NCBI GenBank assembly: GCA_051362555.1
Contig: CM120646.1
Span: 6,014,001 to 6,078,000 of the forward strand
Direction of reading: 5' to 3'
DNA length: 64,000 nt
Origin: Lingula anatina
Lineage: Eukaryota; Animalia; Brachiopoda
Numbering within the stretch: position 1 is the stretch's first letter; every line of letters starts with the position of its first letter. Below are positions 1 through 13,091 of this stretch, piece by piece. The position numbers and the translations under genes were made by a program. Below the pieces are notes generated by a model that was not told where the DNA came from, ran no database searches, and was given only the letters and a program-made list of their open reading frames with translations.

Positions 1-18
1 AACAGATCAAGACAAAAA

Positions 19-3000
19 ATGCCGACGCCTGTCTCTATCATAAGTGTGTATTTCGATCTAATCACCTGATGCTGTAGGTGAAAGTTCAGATTTCTTACCT
101 GTATTTAAACTGATCACTGTCCATATTACTTAAAGGGATAATAACTCTTCGTCTTGGCCAAAAAATGAATTTTCCTGGAGTAAACAACAATTTTCCCATA
201 CTTACCAATGGTTAATGAGTCCATTTTCCCTGTTTTTTTTCTAAAAAGTTTTTTTTTTGTTATAATCTCTTAAGAGATCTTTAAATTTCACTCTTTAAAT
301 TTCACTGTTATCACTATATGAATTAATCTACTTTTTAATTTTCCTTTTTGTTCTTTGTTAGGGCTAGTGGCATTCCTGACGGGTGCCGGAGGCCTTGTCA
401 CCTATGACATATACAGGAAACGACCCGCTAAAAGCCACACGTGGAGGACGGTGTTACTTCAGTACACTCTTACACAAATATCCCGAGTTTTTGCGTATTT
501 TTCTCTTAGGAATTTTGAGACAGCAAGCAAGAACATAAGCAAGATGCAAGAAGATGCGTTAATGTTTTACATTCGCACGCTGGAAAATACGGAGTTTGGC
601 AAGAATCACAATTATTCTCGGATGCGGACGAGGGAAGATTTTTTGAAACTGCACCCAGTTTTGTCCTATGCCGACCTTAAACCTTACATCGACAAAACTG
701 TAGCGGGAGAAAAAAACCAAATCACTCCATTTGACCCGTTTTACATCGCCTTTACTTCAGGGACCACCGGTAAAAACAAAGCGTTCGTATATTCAAAAGA
801 GATGTTTGCCAAACCATCAAAGATGTTTAAAAGTCTTCTTTTTTCTACCGTTAGCTTCAAAAGAGCTGGGCTATGGGATCACCTGAAACGTTTTCACGAG
901 GTCAGAATAGGAGTCAAGACAGATTTAACGGACAGTGGCGTAAAAACTGGACCAATAGCTGGGCTGTATGGATTCTTTCCAAGTTATTTGGTTTCACCAC
1001 GTGTCGTGTATGACGTCACTACCGAAAACGAGTCCCATTATTTACATGTACTCTTCGCACTAAAAGATCCTGGTATTGGGGCTTTTAACTTCTCTTTCCC
1101 GTCTGTTGCTACCCGGTTTTGTCAAACTTTGGAACACCAATGGCCACAGCTATGTGACGATATAGAACACGGTACCCTAAATACTGACTTGGACATACCC
1201 GAGGACATCAGGGAAAAGTTGCAGACCGATATGAGGGCGGATCCCCATAGAGCTGTTGAAGTTCGTCGGATCATAAGGCAGGGCTTTGACGGAATTGTGC
1301 GCCGTTTATGGCCGGAATGTAACGCAGCTCTCATGTTGAGTTCGGGCTCTCTTCTCCTTGAGGCCGAAGGATTGAAGAAGCATTATATGAAAGACGTTCC
1401 GTTTTGCAATCCCGCTCATGCAGCTACGGAGGGGTTATTCGGGTTTTGTGATCCCGCCGACAACGGCCAAACGCGTTTCATTATGACGGCTTCCTTAAAT
1501 CACTTCGACTTTATCCCCCTGGAGGAAACAGATAAACCATCTCCCCGTGTGGTACCCATTGAGGAGGTGAGCACTAGTCTGGCTTTGAGTTTTTCTTTAT
1601 TCTTTTCACTGGTTTATGGGCAACTCCATGGGATTTTCCCGCCAAAATGAATTTTTTCCTACTCATAAATACCGGCCGGTATGCTTGACCCATCCTTGCA
1701 CTTGGATGATGTTTGATTCCATTTTAAACATGATCATTTAGGGACCATTCCCACAGATATTTGGATCGATTTATCTCACTGGGGAGTCTCACTAAATTGC
1801 TGTCAACTTGGCTGGCTTAAATGTCTGTCACGCCTAGCAAAGCTGTTAGGGGGTAATTATCTTTACCCCCTAGCTGATTTGGTAGGCGTGACAGACATTT
1901 AAGCCGGCCAAGTTGAAAAGATGAAAAAGAGACAAGGCAGGCTACAGATAAACTTCTATTTAGAGGTTTTCATTGTCTTTTGGAGTCTGAAATGGGAACG
2001 TTTTACAGTACTTACATGCATATGGCTGTGGGGGATTTTCAGACGCACGCAGAGAACCTCTAACAATTCTTTTTGGTGGGAATAGGGGCGTTAAAAGGCA
2101 GTTATCCCCCGTAATAAGAGGGTTTTCACTGACAAACGACCCTAACTTTATTTATTCCAGTTAAATGGATTATAATAATATATTTGACTTCATTTTCTTT
2201 TCTGTTTATATTTATATAATTGATACTTTCTTCTTAATACACTCTTGATTCTTTATCTGTTTTAATTGATTTAATTGTCTTAAATGTATTGTGTAATATG
2301 TTTTTCAATCAGGTACAAATAGGACAGTGTTATGAAGTGGTTGTAACAACTGCGGTTGTCGTGCGTTACAGACAAGGTGACGTGGTGAAGATAGTGGATT
2401 TTCACAACCAGGTTCCAGTATACGAGTTCCAATATAGGTAACTCCTATTGTCCAGCTTATATCCACAAAAAACAGTTTGTATTTCATGGAACTATAGAAC
2501 ATAAATTATCATCTGTATAATTTAAATAATGGTTGTGGTTTTATAAAATGTTGTCACCATGCATTAACAGTTGTATTAAACCTTTTTATTTTAATTCACT
2601 GAACTGTTTAAGTTGATACTTTCATATTCATAAGGCATTTAAACCTTGGCCAGCTTTTAGTAGTAGCCAATTGTAAGTCAACTGGCAAGACCAGACTGTT
2701 ACTGGTAGAGGCGTCGTCCTTTTGAGATGTCAGTTACTTATAAAAAACCAATTGACTTACTATGAATGTCGGGATAGATTCATTAATCTTTGGAAAGTAT
2801 TGGACATTTTAGTTAAGTCCATTTTAATGTCGCTATTATGTTTTATTTCAGACTGGGACAGATGTTGAATCTTTACTGGGAAAAGATGACCGAGGGGGCC
2901 TTTGTCCACGCACTCCGAGGAGCAGCCAACCGCATCGATGTTGACATAGCTGAATATACTGCGACGGAGAACGTCAACTTTGAAGCTTTCGCTGGTAAGT

Positions 3001-3672
3001 TAATCCATAGCCGATTTTTCATCTTCTGGTTTACTTGAATCATGAATATAGATTGAAGAATTGCTCTCATGCTGCCTCTCGTTACACATACAGTTGTAAC
3101 AACATAATACGTTTTTTCAGAGCCTCTACAAAATGGAAGACACTATGTATTGTTTATGGAGTTGTCAGAAAACTCGAACAAGGAACAAACGAGAATGACT
3201 TCACAACAGAAGCAGATGGCAAGTGATTTTGCATTAATTCTTTGTTTGCATACTTTTTTTTTCAAGTGGCAGTACTAGTGGGAACGACATGTATAACACG
3301 TTTTCAGACGTACGATGTTTCGGTACATTTTCTGAAAAAGTCTTAAAATTAAAAAAAAATTATTAAGGGAGTACGCCTTACTGTGTTGCCAGTCACTGCA
3401 TTTAATTAGAATCAAAACCACTATAGATTTATCTTTATATATTTTAGTTTGAAGACGTTTTGTATGAAGAACACGAAGTTTACAGGATGTTAAGAGATAA
3501 TGGAAATATTCTCCCCATGAAAGTTATCCAAGTGAAGACCGGGGCATTTAATGCCTTGAGGGACGCCGCAGTGGAGAGCAACCCTCGTGCAAGTCGATTC
3601 CAGTACAAGACACCGCGCGTGCTGCGGGCACCTGATCGTCTGCGCGTTCTGTGGAACTCTCGCCTGTCGTGA
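19..3672 (+). CDS. GHDC: GH3 domain-containing protein (GHDC-like, acyl acid-amido synthetase fold), spliced
   Basis: Exons 362-1566, 2313-2437, 2852-2994, 3121-3218 and 3448-3672(TGA) join in frame. A possible first coding exon 19-43 (MPTPVSII, phase 1, GTGTGT donor) is less certain. GH3 motifs: FTSGTTGKNK P-loop, HAATEG, RYRQGDVV and C-terminal QYKTPR. Hydrophobic N-terminus as in animal GHDC. Confidence 0.88.
131..285. mobile_element. Fragment of a non-autonomous DNA transposon with a TTAA-AGG terminus (Kolobok-like); related inverted copy at about 58650-58817
   Basis: ttaaagggataataactc...ttggccaaaaaatgaatttttcctgg matches the reverse complement of 58768-58817 (ccagaaaaattcattttttggccaaaa...gttatccctttaa). 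ataatctcttaagaga is also shared. Confidence 0.4.
1741..1916. mobile_element. PIF/Harbinger-like palindromic MITE (truncated) in a GHDC intron
   Basis: Starts tta-gggaccattccca. Contains a long internal inverted repeat (tcaacttggctggcttaaatgtctgtcacgccta ... taggcgtgacagacatttaagccggccaagttga). Related copies at 53870-54406 and 63530-63757; similar termini at 51752-51951 and 56912-57143. Confidence 0.6.
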
Positions 3673-4190
3673 TGGGTGGGATGCAGCCACTGGTTTAATT
3701 TTCTGAGTATTAACCGAGAACACTATGATGTTAAGTGCTTAATCCATGTTACTGCAGCTTTCGTCTCAATATATATGGTATAACCACGGTAATGAACGTC
3801 TATGTAACATGACAGATTTAAACTTAAAATTTAAATTTAAAAGTAAACTTACAGCTTAATGGCCAGAAACATCTCTGGACGTATTCAAATATTACACATT
3901 TTCGAGTCATTATGAATCAGAATCGATGATCTAAGGCACGAATACAGCAAGCCTTAATATTGAAAACTGATGCATGATAATCATTTTGTTCTGCGCAAGG
4001 CATTAACGTCAGCTTTCCGGATTAATCCACTGAAAAATGCAAATACACTAATGATGAAAGTTCTGCTTTGAATCATTCAACTTTGACACTATTGAATACT
4101 ATTATGTAAAGTGAAATGTATGTGTTACATTTTAATCTAACTTTATGTAGTGCAAATAAATGGGACTTAAGTACGAGTACGTTTTCATCA

Positions 4191-4217
4191 TGTGTGTGTG
4201 TGTGTGTGTGTGTGTGT
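4191..4217. repeat. (TG)n microsatellite
   Basis: Direct TG run. Confidence 0.9.
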
Positions 4218-5010
4218 TTTAATAGCAAGATAAGTACAGAGTAATTTGAATTATCCTTACGTCATGGCTGGATGATGTACTGCAGTGTGTGTGAATCGAA
4301 GAACAGATCAACGTCTTTTCTATTTCGACAAGGCATTTCTATCGGTAGAAGCACAGAGTGACTTAAAATATACAGTATCATGAAACCACAATATACATTT
4401 TTAGTCAGCAACAGAAAACCCAGTTTCGGATATTACCTCGATATAGTGTAGACCTTTTCGACTATAACTCGGTTAAATAAGACTTCTAAAATGCTGAAAG
4501 TCGAAGGCAGAGTCATACGTGCAATCTTATTGGCCTCAAGCGAATATTGCGTTATTTATTCCTAGATACATTTAAAACCTCTCACACTTTTAAAAGTTAG
4601 AATAAACTTTTTATCATTTTTACACTAATTCCTTTCATACAGCTGTACTTTGAACTCAGATGAAAGGGTATGGTTTGCAAAGGGGAATTATGTTACATTT
4701 AATCCTCACGTGCGTACAAAATATTTGTAAATTTATAACTTTTTAACCTAGGTTGTGTTATTTACCTTTTGTTTGTGAGATGTGCTTCCTCCATCTTTAT
4801 CAGAAATATCGGTAAAAATCAAATCTATTCTCCGTTTGAACATGAAATAAGCACATGTGCCTTATATTCCAAAACTGCCTGGTCGTCAGAAAATCACCAA
4901 AACGTAAATTAAAATTATAACACCTGTGCACTTGTAATATACATCCGTCAAACTTTGACTATATTCCAAAACGTCTCGCCATAAAAATAAACATTAAAAG
5001 AAGAGTTATA

Positions 5011-5751
5011 CCCAGCGGGTAAAATTATGTCGTTTAACGTTGAAACAACGTTGAACCATAACGTTGAGTAGACATTGGATAAACGCTGGATTTGAAAGTT
5101 GTGTCAACCTCAGATAACAACGTTGTATCAACGTCAGAAAACAATGTTATATCAACCCCACCCAGCGGGAAATAAGCCTGGATGTGTGTAGCAGTAGGAC
5201 ATGTTTGATGGCTAAATATATGTAGGGTATAAATGTATGGCTTTTAAGTTAAAATTGCCAAGGTTTAGATTAATATATATAACAAAGTCACAGTCACCTC
5301 AACCTGTCTATCTATAACAGGTTACCAAGAACTGTTAACTCCATCACAATTACAGCAACTTATTCATCCTAGTGTTAGCTGACCTTGCAAGTATTTCAGT
5401 TTATTGGAATGTATTTCTGAATAACAAGATAAGAAAATTCACTAGTTAACTAAAGGCACTAAACAACTGTCACTTTTACTTTAAACAACTTTTGTTATTA
5501 TATTGATAAATTTAGTTACAGTATTGATGAACAAAGTATCACGTTTTCAATAATTAATATTTTAAATAACAATCCATAACTGCAAGGTTGTGTCATTGAC
5601 CAAAATACAACGTTGAGTCAACGTCACATTATGACGGTGTTTCGACGTGGCGGGATCAACGTTGATTTATCTTTGAATTTAGGTAGATCAACGGCAATTC
5701 AACGTATCAACCTGTTTTCAACGTTGATCCAACGCAACTATGCCTGCTGGG
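5011..5751. mobile_element. CMC/EnSpm-like non-autonomous element
   Basis: Termini CCCAGCGGGTA ... TGCCTGCTGGG, a 3-bp TSD (ATA) on both sides, and dense subterminal AACGTT(G) repeats at both ends. Confidence 0.7.
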
Positions 5752-6385
5752 ATAACTCCTGTGAACTTGTTAAAAACAATCAGAAACCGACACTTCGTCA
5801 GAAATGTAACTAAGTAATAAAAGTATTTCTCTTTTGTATTTGAAAATAATTAATTTGACTCTATTCCAGTCCGACGCTCCTTGTTCATCAGAAATGTCAC
5901 TGAAAAGTAGAGGTTTTACCTTGGGACCTTTGTTCCGCAGCAGTCCCAGCTAGTTGTGGCTCAGCCGAGTCACATGTGGTCAGTGTTGACGGTTGATTGA
6001 ATACTGTTCAAGTGAGTTGTCCTTTCACAACAAGTATTTAGCGAAAATTGACCAAATTGGTCAGAAATTACGTAAGAATTTGACGGGAGGTGCCCAGCGC
6101 ACGTGGATTGGACAAGTTTGTTCCATACAACATCTCTAGAGAGTGATATGCATGTACATTGTATCGTAGGTGAGTTTCAGGATGATGATGATGATGTTTT
6201 TTTCTCGGTGTTTATATCAAATCATACACTGTGACCCTCTTACAATATATGCCGTGAACAGCTCTCGCTGACGCTCGAGATGTCATGGCATGTTTCGCTC
6301 GGGTGACAGTGTATTATCTAAGACATAGCTAGGTCATTCTCTAGAAGGCCACGTGCAGTAACAGACGCATACATCACGGCGCCGG

Positions 6386-7787
6386 TGTAACATGCAAATC
6401 TGACTTTCCCCATGAAAATTTTACTCCCCTCCACAAAACTTCACAAATCTTATTTTATTTGAGTATATGACTGTGATCTTGTAGTATGTAAAATGGAGGA
6501 TACATTGGCACTTTTTTTTAGTTTGCAGGTGAAAATTTTCATGAAAAATAAGAAAATTAAAAATGTGCACTTTACCGCCCACTGTCTCCCTTATGAAAAA
6601 GCTATTTATTTGATATTGGATGATTATTTCTACATATTTTCTTTAAATTTACTTTATGAAGATTATATTGGAAATATTTGAAAGTTTGATGGTAAACTAT
6701 TGCATGGGTTAAAAAAAACAAAAACCAAAAAAAAAACATGAAAAATAAGAAAATTAAAAATGTGCATTTTATCACCCAGTGACTCCCCGGTGAAAAAGCT
6801 ATCTATTTAATATTTGATGATCATTTCAAAATCTTTCATTTCCTTTTACTTTATGAAGATTATGTTGGAAATATTTGAAAGTTTGATGGTAAAATATTGG
6901 GTGAAAAAAACTAAAAAAAGACATGAAAAATAAGAAAATTAAAAATGTGCATTTTATCACCCAATAACTCCTCTATGAAAAAGCTACCTATTAAATATTT
7001 GATGATCATTTCAACACCTTTCCTTAACTTTTACTTTATGAAGATTATATTGGAAATATTTGAAAGACTAGGGGAGTTAAAATCCTACGGGTACAAGAAT
7101 GCAAATTTATTATCCGTTTAAAATCATCAATCCCCATTTTTCATTCAGCTTCTGGAAAAAATGGGAAAAACAACAGCAAATATAAAACGGGGCCTTTCTC
7201 TATTGGGAGTCCATAGGAGTCCAAATCCCATGCATATGAAATGAAGATTTTCATTTTTTTTTTTCATTTACTTTCACCCGGTATTTTACCATGCGCATTT
7301 TTAAATATTTCCAATATAACGTATCCTAAAAGAAAAGATGTCAGAATGATCATCAAATATTAAATCAATAGCTTTTTCATAGGGGAGTCATGTTAGAATA
7401 TAAATCTTTAATTTTTTCTCATTTTTCATGTTTTTCTTCATCCAATTTTTTACCATCAAACTTTCAAGTACTTCCAATACAAACTTCATAAAGTATTCTA
7501 AATGGAAAGATGTTGAACTGGTCATCAAATGTAAAAGAAAATAGCTTTTTCATAGGGGAGTCCTTGGGTGGTAAAATACAAATCTTTATTATTTTTTTTT
7601 TATTATTATTTCATGAAATTTTCACCTGCAAACTAACAAAAAGTGCCAATGTGTCCTCCATTATTCATACTACAAGATCATAGTCATTTACTCAAATTAA
7701 ATGAAATTTCATAGGGGGAGTCACATTTTCATTATGAAAATCTGACTGGGGAGTCACGTTTTAGGGGAGTCAGATTTTCATGGTACA
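6386..7787. mobile_element. Ginger-like foldback non-autonomous DNA transposon
   Basis: TGT...ACA termini (TGTAACATGCAAATCTGAC / GTCAGATTTTCATGGTACA) and a CCGG TSD (6382-6385, 7788-7791). Long inverted arms are built from ~190-bp tandem units. The empty site (a single CCGG) is seen in the paralogous flanks at about 11600 and 15370. Confidence 0.85.
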
Positions 7788-8380
7788 CCGGAGCTACGGA
7801 AACTCAATATACCAGTAGTGACGGCAGGTGTGAATAAAAGCATTTCGTCTTTGGCATCACTTTGTACAGGTAGAATAATACATTGCCATGGGTTAACATA
7901 ACGTTTGAAACGAAAATTTTAAATTAGAAAAACACCTCATCTATATGGCAAGTACTCCATAACCCTCGCGAGCCGTATAGGTGTACCAGATGACCGTCTA
8001 TGGTAACCTGTAATATCATGCTCTGCTTGCAGTGAGTTTCCTATAGTTATTGGAAATTTAGACATATATATGTACCTTATACTAATTGAGCAAAAAAAAT
8101 TATATTACAATATACACTTTAATGTGAATTTGGTGTCTGAACGAATTACATGCTAAATTCTATTAAAGACCCGTTCATATGGTTTCATAATAATAGTATA
8201 TGACCAATGTGGTTTTCTTAATGCTATAGCTGGCCCTACTTTGTCTCAAATGAAATACGTTCTTATCATTCTAAATTTGTTGCGGATTAGCATAATGTCC
8301 TGTGTGGTCAAAGGAACACCAAGGTTAATAATATATAGTATTATTAGTCTTTTTTATTTTTCTTTAGGATCAGAACTCAA

Positions 8381-9493
8381 ATGGCAATGAAGAAATGCAC
8401 ACGCGTATTCTTGTTTGCTGTTGTCTCTGTGATACTCCTTTGGGTGCCATATATGGCACGCTTTGGTTTCCAAGACATTGTAATTGCCAGGCCTCTGATG
8501 TCAAGCAGCATAGGTGAAAATGGTTCTTCAGTAAGGACAGAACAGCACCCGCAGTTTGTCTATCTCGTCCAAGGCGCATCAAGACACCCTATTCCCGGTC
8601 TCAACGCCACGCCGAATAGAGAAATAATATGGCTCACGTACAGAGACAAAACAGGCGACATCTACTTTCCGAACAGCACTCTCACTGAAGGTCGTAACCG
8701 GCTGCTCTTGGAAGCAATTGACCGTGCATCTAAAAGGAATGACGGTGGCTACTTGTACTACCTATTTCTGGACGATGATTTGTTGCTAAATAATGAGAAT
8801 GATACGAAACGCTGGTGGAGAAAAGATTTACCACGCAACCCATTTGATCGATTTGAACTGTTTTTACACGATTTCCAACCGGCAGTTGGGTTTACAAGAT
8901 TTGGCTTTTACACCCATGATGTCCCAGCCCCTGTGGGGGTGAATTACAATTTCGATGCTATTTTCAACGGGTTCCACCGCCACACAATTTCCTTCATGTT
9001 GCCATACATAAGCGATTTAGATCACACATCATGGTGGTTTTCGCAGTGGTTTGTCATTCACATATCTGCGATGTTTTATAATTCAAATCGGGTCCGTTGC
9101 AACGCAGTGTATGTAATAAATCCAAGATATCATGGGAACAATAAGTTGAAGGGAGCCTACGCCGATTCTGGCGATTTCCGTATACCGCGTGATTATTTAC
9201 GCACATGGATAGTCAAGAACAACAAAATTAAAACCGCCAATGGGGAAAATATTAACTTGCTTCGGACTTTTAAGAGACAGGCTTTGTATTCGGACATTCC
9301 AGGAAATGCCAGCAGAAAAAACAGTATGGAATACAGGGTTTCTACAAAGTTCATCACCACTGCATTCGATAAGTCCCACCCGGGCATTCAAAAGATTTTG
9401 CGTTGGAGAAATTTGCCAAAAGTAAGGAATATCCTCTATGGGAGTAAGAAGGATGAACCTGACTTCTTTCCAGATGTTTTCCCCTTGCACTAA
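8381..9493 (+). CDS. Uncharacterised type II membrane DxD-motif glycosyltransferase-like protein, paralog 1
   Basis: 370-aa single-exon ORF with an N-terminal signal-anchor, GRNRLL, and YYLFLDDD (GT-A-like DxD). A splice acceptor tctttag just upstream implies a non-coding 5' exon. Two close paralogs lie downstream. Confidence 0.8.
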   Translation: MAMKKCTRVFLFAVVSVILLWVPYMARFGFQDIVIARPLMSSSIGENGSSVRTEQHPQFVYLVQGASRHPIPGLNATPNREIIWLTYRDKTGDIYFPNSTLTEGRNRLLLEAIDRASKRNDGGYLYYLFLDDDLLLNNENDTKRWWRKDLPRNPFDRFELFLHDFQPAVGFTRFGFYTHDVPAPVGVNYNFDAIFNGFHRHTISFMLPYISDLDHTSWWFSQWFVIHISAMFYNSNRVRCNAVYVINPRYHGNNKLKGAYADSGDFRIPRDYLRTWIVKNNKIKTANGENINLLRTFKRQALYSDIPGNASRKNSMEYRVSTKFITTAFDKSHPGIQKILRWRNLPKVRNILYGSKKDEPDFFPDVFPLH

Positions 9494-11130
9494 CCCCCTT
9501 CTTACCGCGTGTTCTTCGTATTCTACAAGGAAAACAGTTAGTAGTCACATTTACTGCTGGACCCAGGATTTTTCTCTGAAGGGTGGAAGTGGGGGTTAAA
9601 GAATGGACATTTTTCTTGTTTCAGAAATATGAAATGAAAGACGAGGGGAATTTTTTCAATAATGATGATAATAACCAGGGATGGAAATGGCGATTCGCAC
9701 AATCTAGCAAAGAAGGCTGGTGAATTTTACTTAATGCGGTGAAAATTAGAAATTTTGAACACGAAAACATGTTTATAATATGTTCTCAACGGTTTTTGAA
9801 AAAATATACCTTGGTGCTGTGCTACAGGAAAAACAGCTGTAGTTTCCAGGGTGCATTTATTTATTAATTCCTTCATTTATCTATTTAATCAGTTAAACCA
9901 TGTTTATTTTATTTACATATATTTATTAATTTTGTTTATATTTATTTTCACCTATATGAAAGCATAATGCAAATTGTATACATTAAATAAAGGACAAACA
10001 TACATTATGTATCTTTCACTCCTGCATGATTTCAACCAATAGGAAAATTTATTTCAATGGAGAGTGGAGAGCATGGAATTGGAATTATCAATACCTATCA
10101 AGTTCACCCCAATATAGAGGGTTGATAAAAAAATAAAGGATTTATTTTTCTTATTTTATTTGGTTTACTTATATACTGATTCCCAACGTACACTGTGTCA
10201 AGGTATCAAGTTCGTCCTAATTTTAGTTTCAAATACTGACAATTTGATTTAAATGTGATGTTTATTTATATATTTATAAACAAACATACATTGTTTCTGT
10301 CGCTCCTGCATGATTTCAAGCAACAGGAAATATTATTAAAATTGAGAGTGGAGAGTATTGCATTGGAATTATTAAAACCTATCAAGTGCACCCCAATATA
10401 AACGTTTGATCAAAAAAGGGAGTTATTTTTCTTATTTTAGTTGGTTTTCTTATATACTGATTCTCAACGCACACGGTATGAACGTATCTAGTAGGTCTTG
10501 ATTTTAGTTTGAGAGAGCATTCACATCGAGAAGAGCCGAGGTCTAGCAAGGCCGAGACCTGAATATGGCGGACCTACATGAAAGAAATACCGCTTAATCC
10601 TTTAATGGTCTCTAAATGACATTTATTTTACCGACACACTTGTCTTCAACCTGAAGTATATTTCTTCACAATCCCTGGTAGAAAAGTTTTTTTGCATAAT
10701 ACTTTTCCGAGTTTCCTGTAAGACATTGTACTGTGTTCTGTCACCATATCATCTAGCTTATCATGGATGAGAGTGAATTGAGGATTTTATAAATCATGGA
10801 CATAATAAGAGATCTCTTATTATGTCCATGTATAAATGGTTAAAATATAACAAAAACATCAAATAAAATAATGATGATCTTTGGCGTAAAACGTAACGAA
10901 CTTGGTTAGGGGAGTTGTCTGGCCTGTCCCGCATCCTCACGAAAGTCATGCGTTGCAAAATTGTTGGATTCTGTCTCATTCGGCTTCTATTATACAACGT
11001 CCACAACTTTGTGCTAGGGACTTAAAGAAACCTTATCAAATGATCCTAGGCCATAAACTTCACCACTCTCAACTTCTACTCAACTACCAAAGCACAAAGA
11101 GAGTATTTTTTTTTCGGACTTTAAAATAAG

Positions 11131-11340
11131 TAATAGTTAGACCCCGAGTCAGCGAGGGTTATGTGGCATAAACGAGTGCATAGCACGAGTGGATGTCACA
11201 TAACCCCCGCTGACGAGAGATCTATCTTATTTAGACCACGGTCTATTAGCGGGTTATAACGCATTCATGCAAGAAGTGTGGTTACGCGAGTTACACCACG
11301 TCCGAGTCTTTTGTTCTTTACTTCCACCGTGGTCTAATTA
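11131..11340. mobile_element. Small unclassified TIR element with internal hairpins
   Basis: TAATAGTTAGACC...GGTCTAATTA termini. Absent at the paralogous site near 5850 and partly present at 14970-15110. Confidence 0.5.
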
Positions 11341-13091
11341 ATTTGACTCTATTCCAGTCCAACGGTCCTTGTTCATCAAAAATGTCACTGAAAAGTAGAG
11401 GTTTTACCTTGGGACATTTGTTCCGCAGCAGTCCCAGCTAGGTGTGGCTCAGCCGAGTCACATGTGGTCAGAGTTGACAGTTGATTGAATACTGCTCGAG
11501 CGATGTCATGGCATGTTTCGCTTGGGTGACAGTGTATTATCTCAGACATAGCTAGGTCATTCTCTAGGACCCCACGTGCAGTAACAACGTATACATCCAC
11601 CGGAGCTACAAAAACTCAATATACCAATAGTGACGGCAAATGTGAATAAAAGGATTGCGTCTTTGACATCGCTTTGTACAGGTACAGTAATACATTGTCA
11701 CGGGTTAACATAACGTTTGAAACGAAAATTTTGAATTAGAAAAAAAAACCTCCGTGTACATAACCCCCGTGTGCCGTATACCAGATGACCGTCTATGCAT
11801 GTGAGGTAAACTCATGTTCTCTTTGTAGTGAGTTTTCAATAGTTATGGCAATTTTTACCTTGATACCTTATACTAGTTGAACAAAAACAATGGCCTGCAG
11901 CCTGTATTATTACTTAAACCACGGCTAGCACGTATAACAAAAGACTCGACAAAAGATTCACTGGCTAATAACGGACCGGGATTGAATCCCCGAAGAATGC
12001 CTACGGGCCGAAAGCTGGGATTATATATAACATCTGTAAAGTAGATCTTCAGAGATGTATCAGTAATAATACTAATTTTGAGTATTCGACTTACAAGCAC
12101 GTCATGTACGAGTGAGTTCCACGGTTTGTTGCACTCCCGTTACTCACTAGCTAATAACGGCCCAGTATCTGTATATCGGGCCCTTATAGCGCCCACCACG
12201 GATCAGACAACAATGAAAATAAATCGTTTCCCAAACTGTAAATTATTATTGTATTGTATATGTAAAATTTATAGAAAAAACAAGTTAGCTCTAAAAAGAT
12301 TCCAAATGCTAAGGCGATGATTGAGAAATTCACGATAGGCGTGACTTAAGATCCAAGTTAGCACTTAAAAATTTGTATGTCTCACTGAGTCACTACAGAA
12401 AGAAAATAAGCGTTTAACCTTGAGAACGGAGGACTTACGAAAACAAAAACCTTTCGTAACAATATGAAGCCTGAACACAGCGCGAAGACTGAAATCGTCA
12501 TAAACATATTCTTTAATTCCTTAAGATACTCCCTTTTATGTTCAGACCCAGATATATGTCTGTCGTACATATAGTCGTCACTTTCGTCTGTCGTCGCCAT
12601 AGTCACTTTGCTACTGTGCACTTTCAGTAAAAACAAGATAAGTGGAAAACCGTTTTACTCTCTGTATTCAAATTTATAGAACTGGTGAATATTCATAAAT
12701 TAAGGTCGAGTTCGAATCAGCATGATTGGGCCTTTTTTTTTTTCAAAAGTTGTGCTGTTTGACGTCTTGCATTTTTTGTGAAATTTTTCACATATTAGCA
12801 TTTTTAAGGTATGACTTTAAACTTCATGGGCTTGAAGACCTTTAATAGTCAATTTTTCTTAATAATAATAATAATAATAATAGTATATGACCAATGTGAT
12901 TTTCTTTTAAGAATTAAGTGCTTGCTTTTTGTTGGCCCTACTTTGTCTCAAATGAAATACGTTCTCAATACTCAAATTATGCTTTGGATTAGCATGACAT
13001 CCTGTTTGGTCTGTGTGGTCAGAGGAACACCAAGTTTAATAAATTATTTTTGTTTTTTTTATTTTAGTTTAGGATCAGAACTTAGAGGGCG

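Noticed and set aside
1567-1650. Hydrophobic C-terminus of the 431-aa ORF as a transmembrane anchor
   Set aside because: It is read-through into the intron after the GAG|GTGAGC donor; GH3 homology continues in downstream exons.
9193-9548. Antisense ORFs recurring in all three GT-like paralogs
   Set aside because: They are shadows of the near-identical sense CDS, with no independent coding signal.
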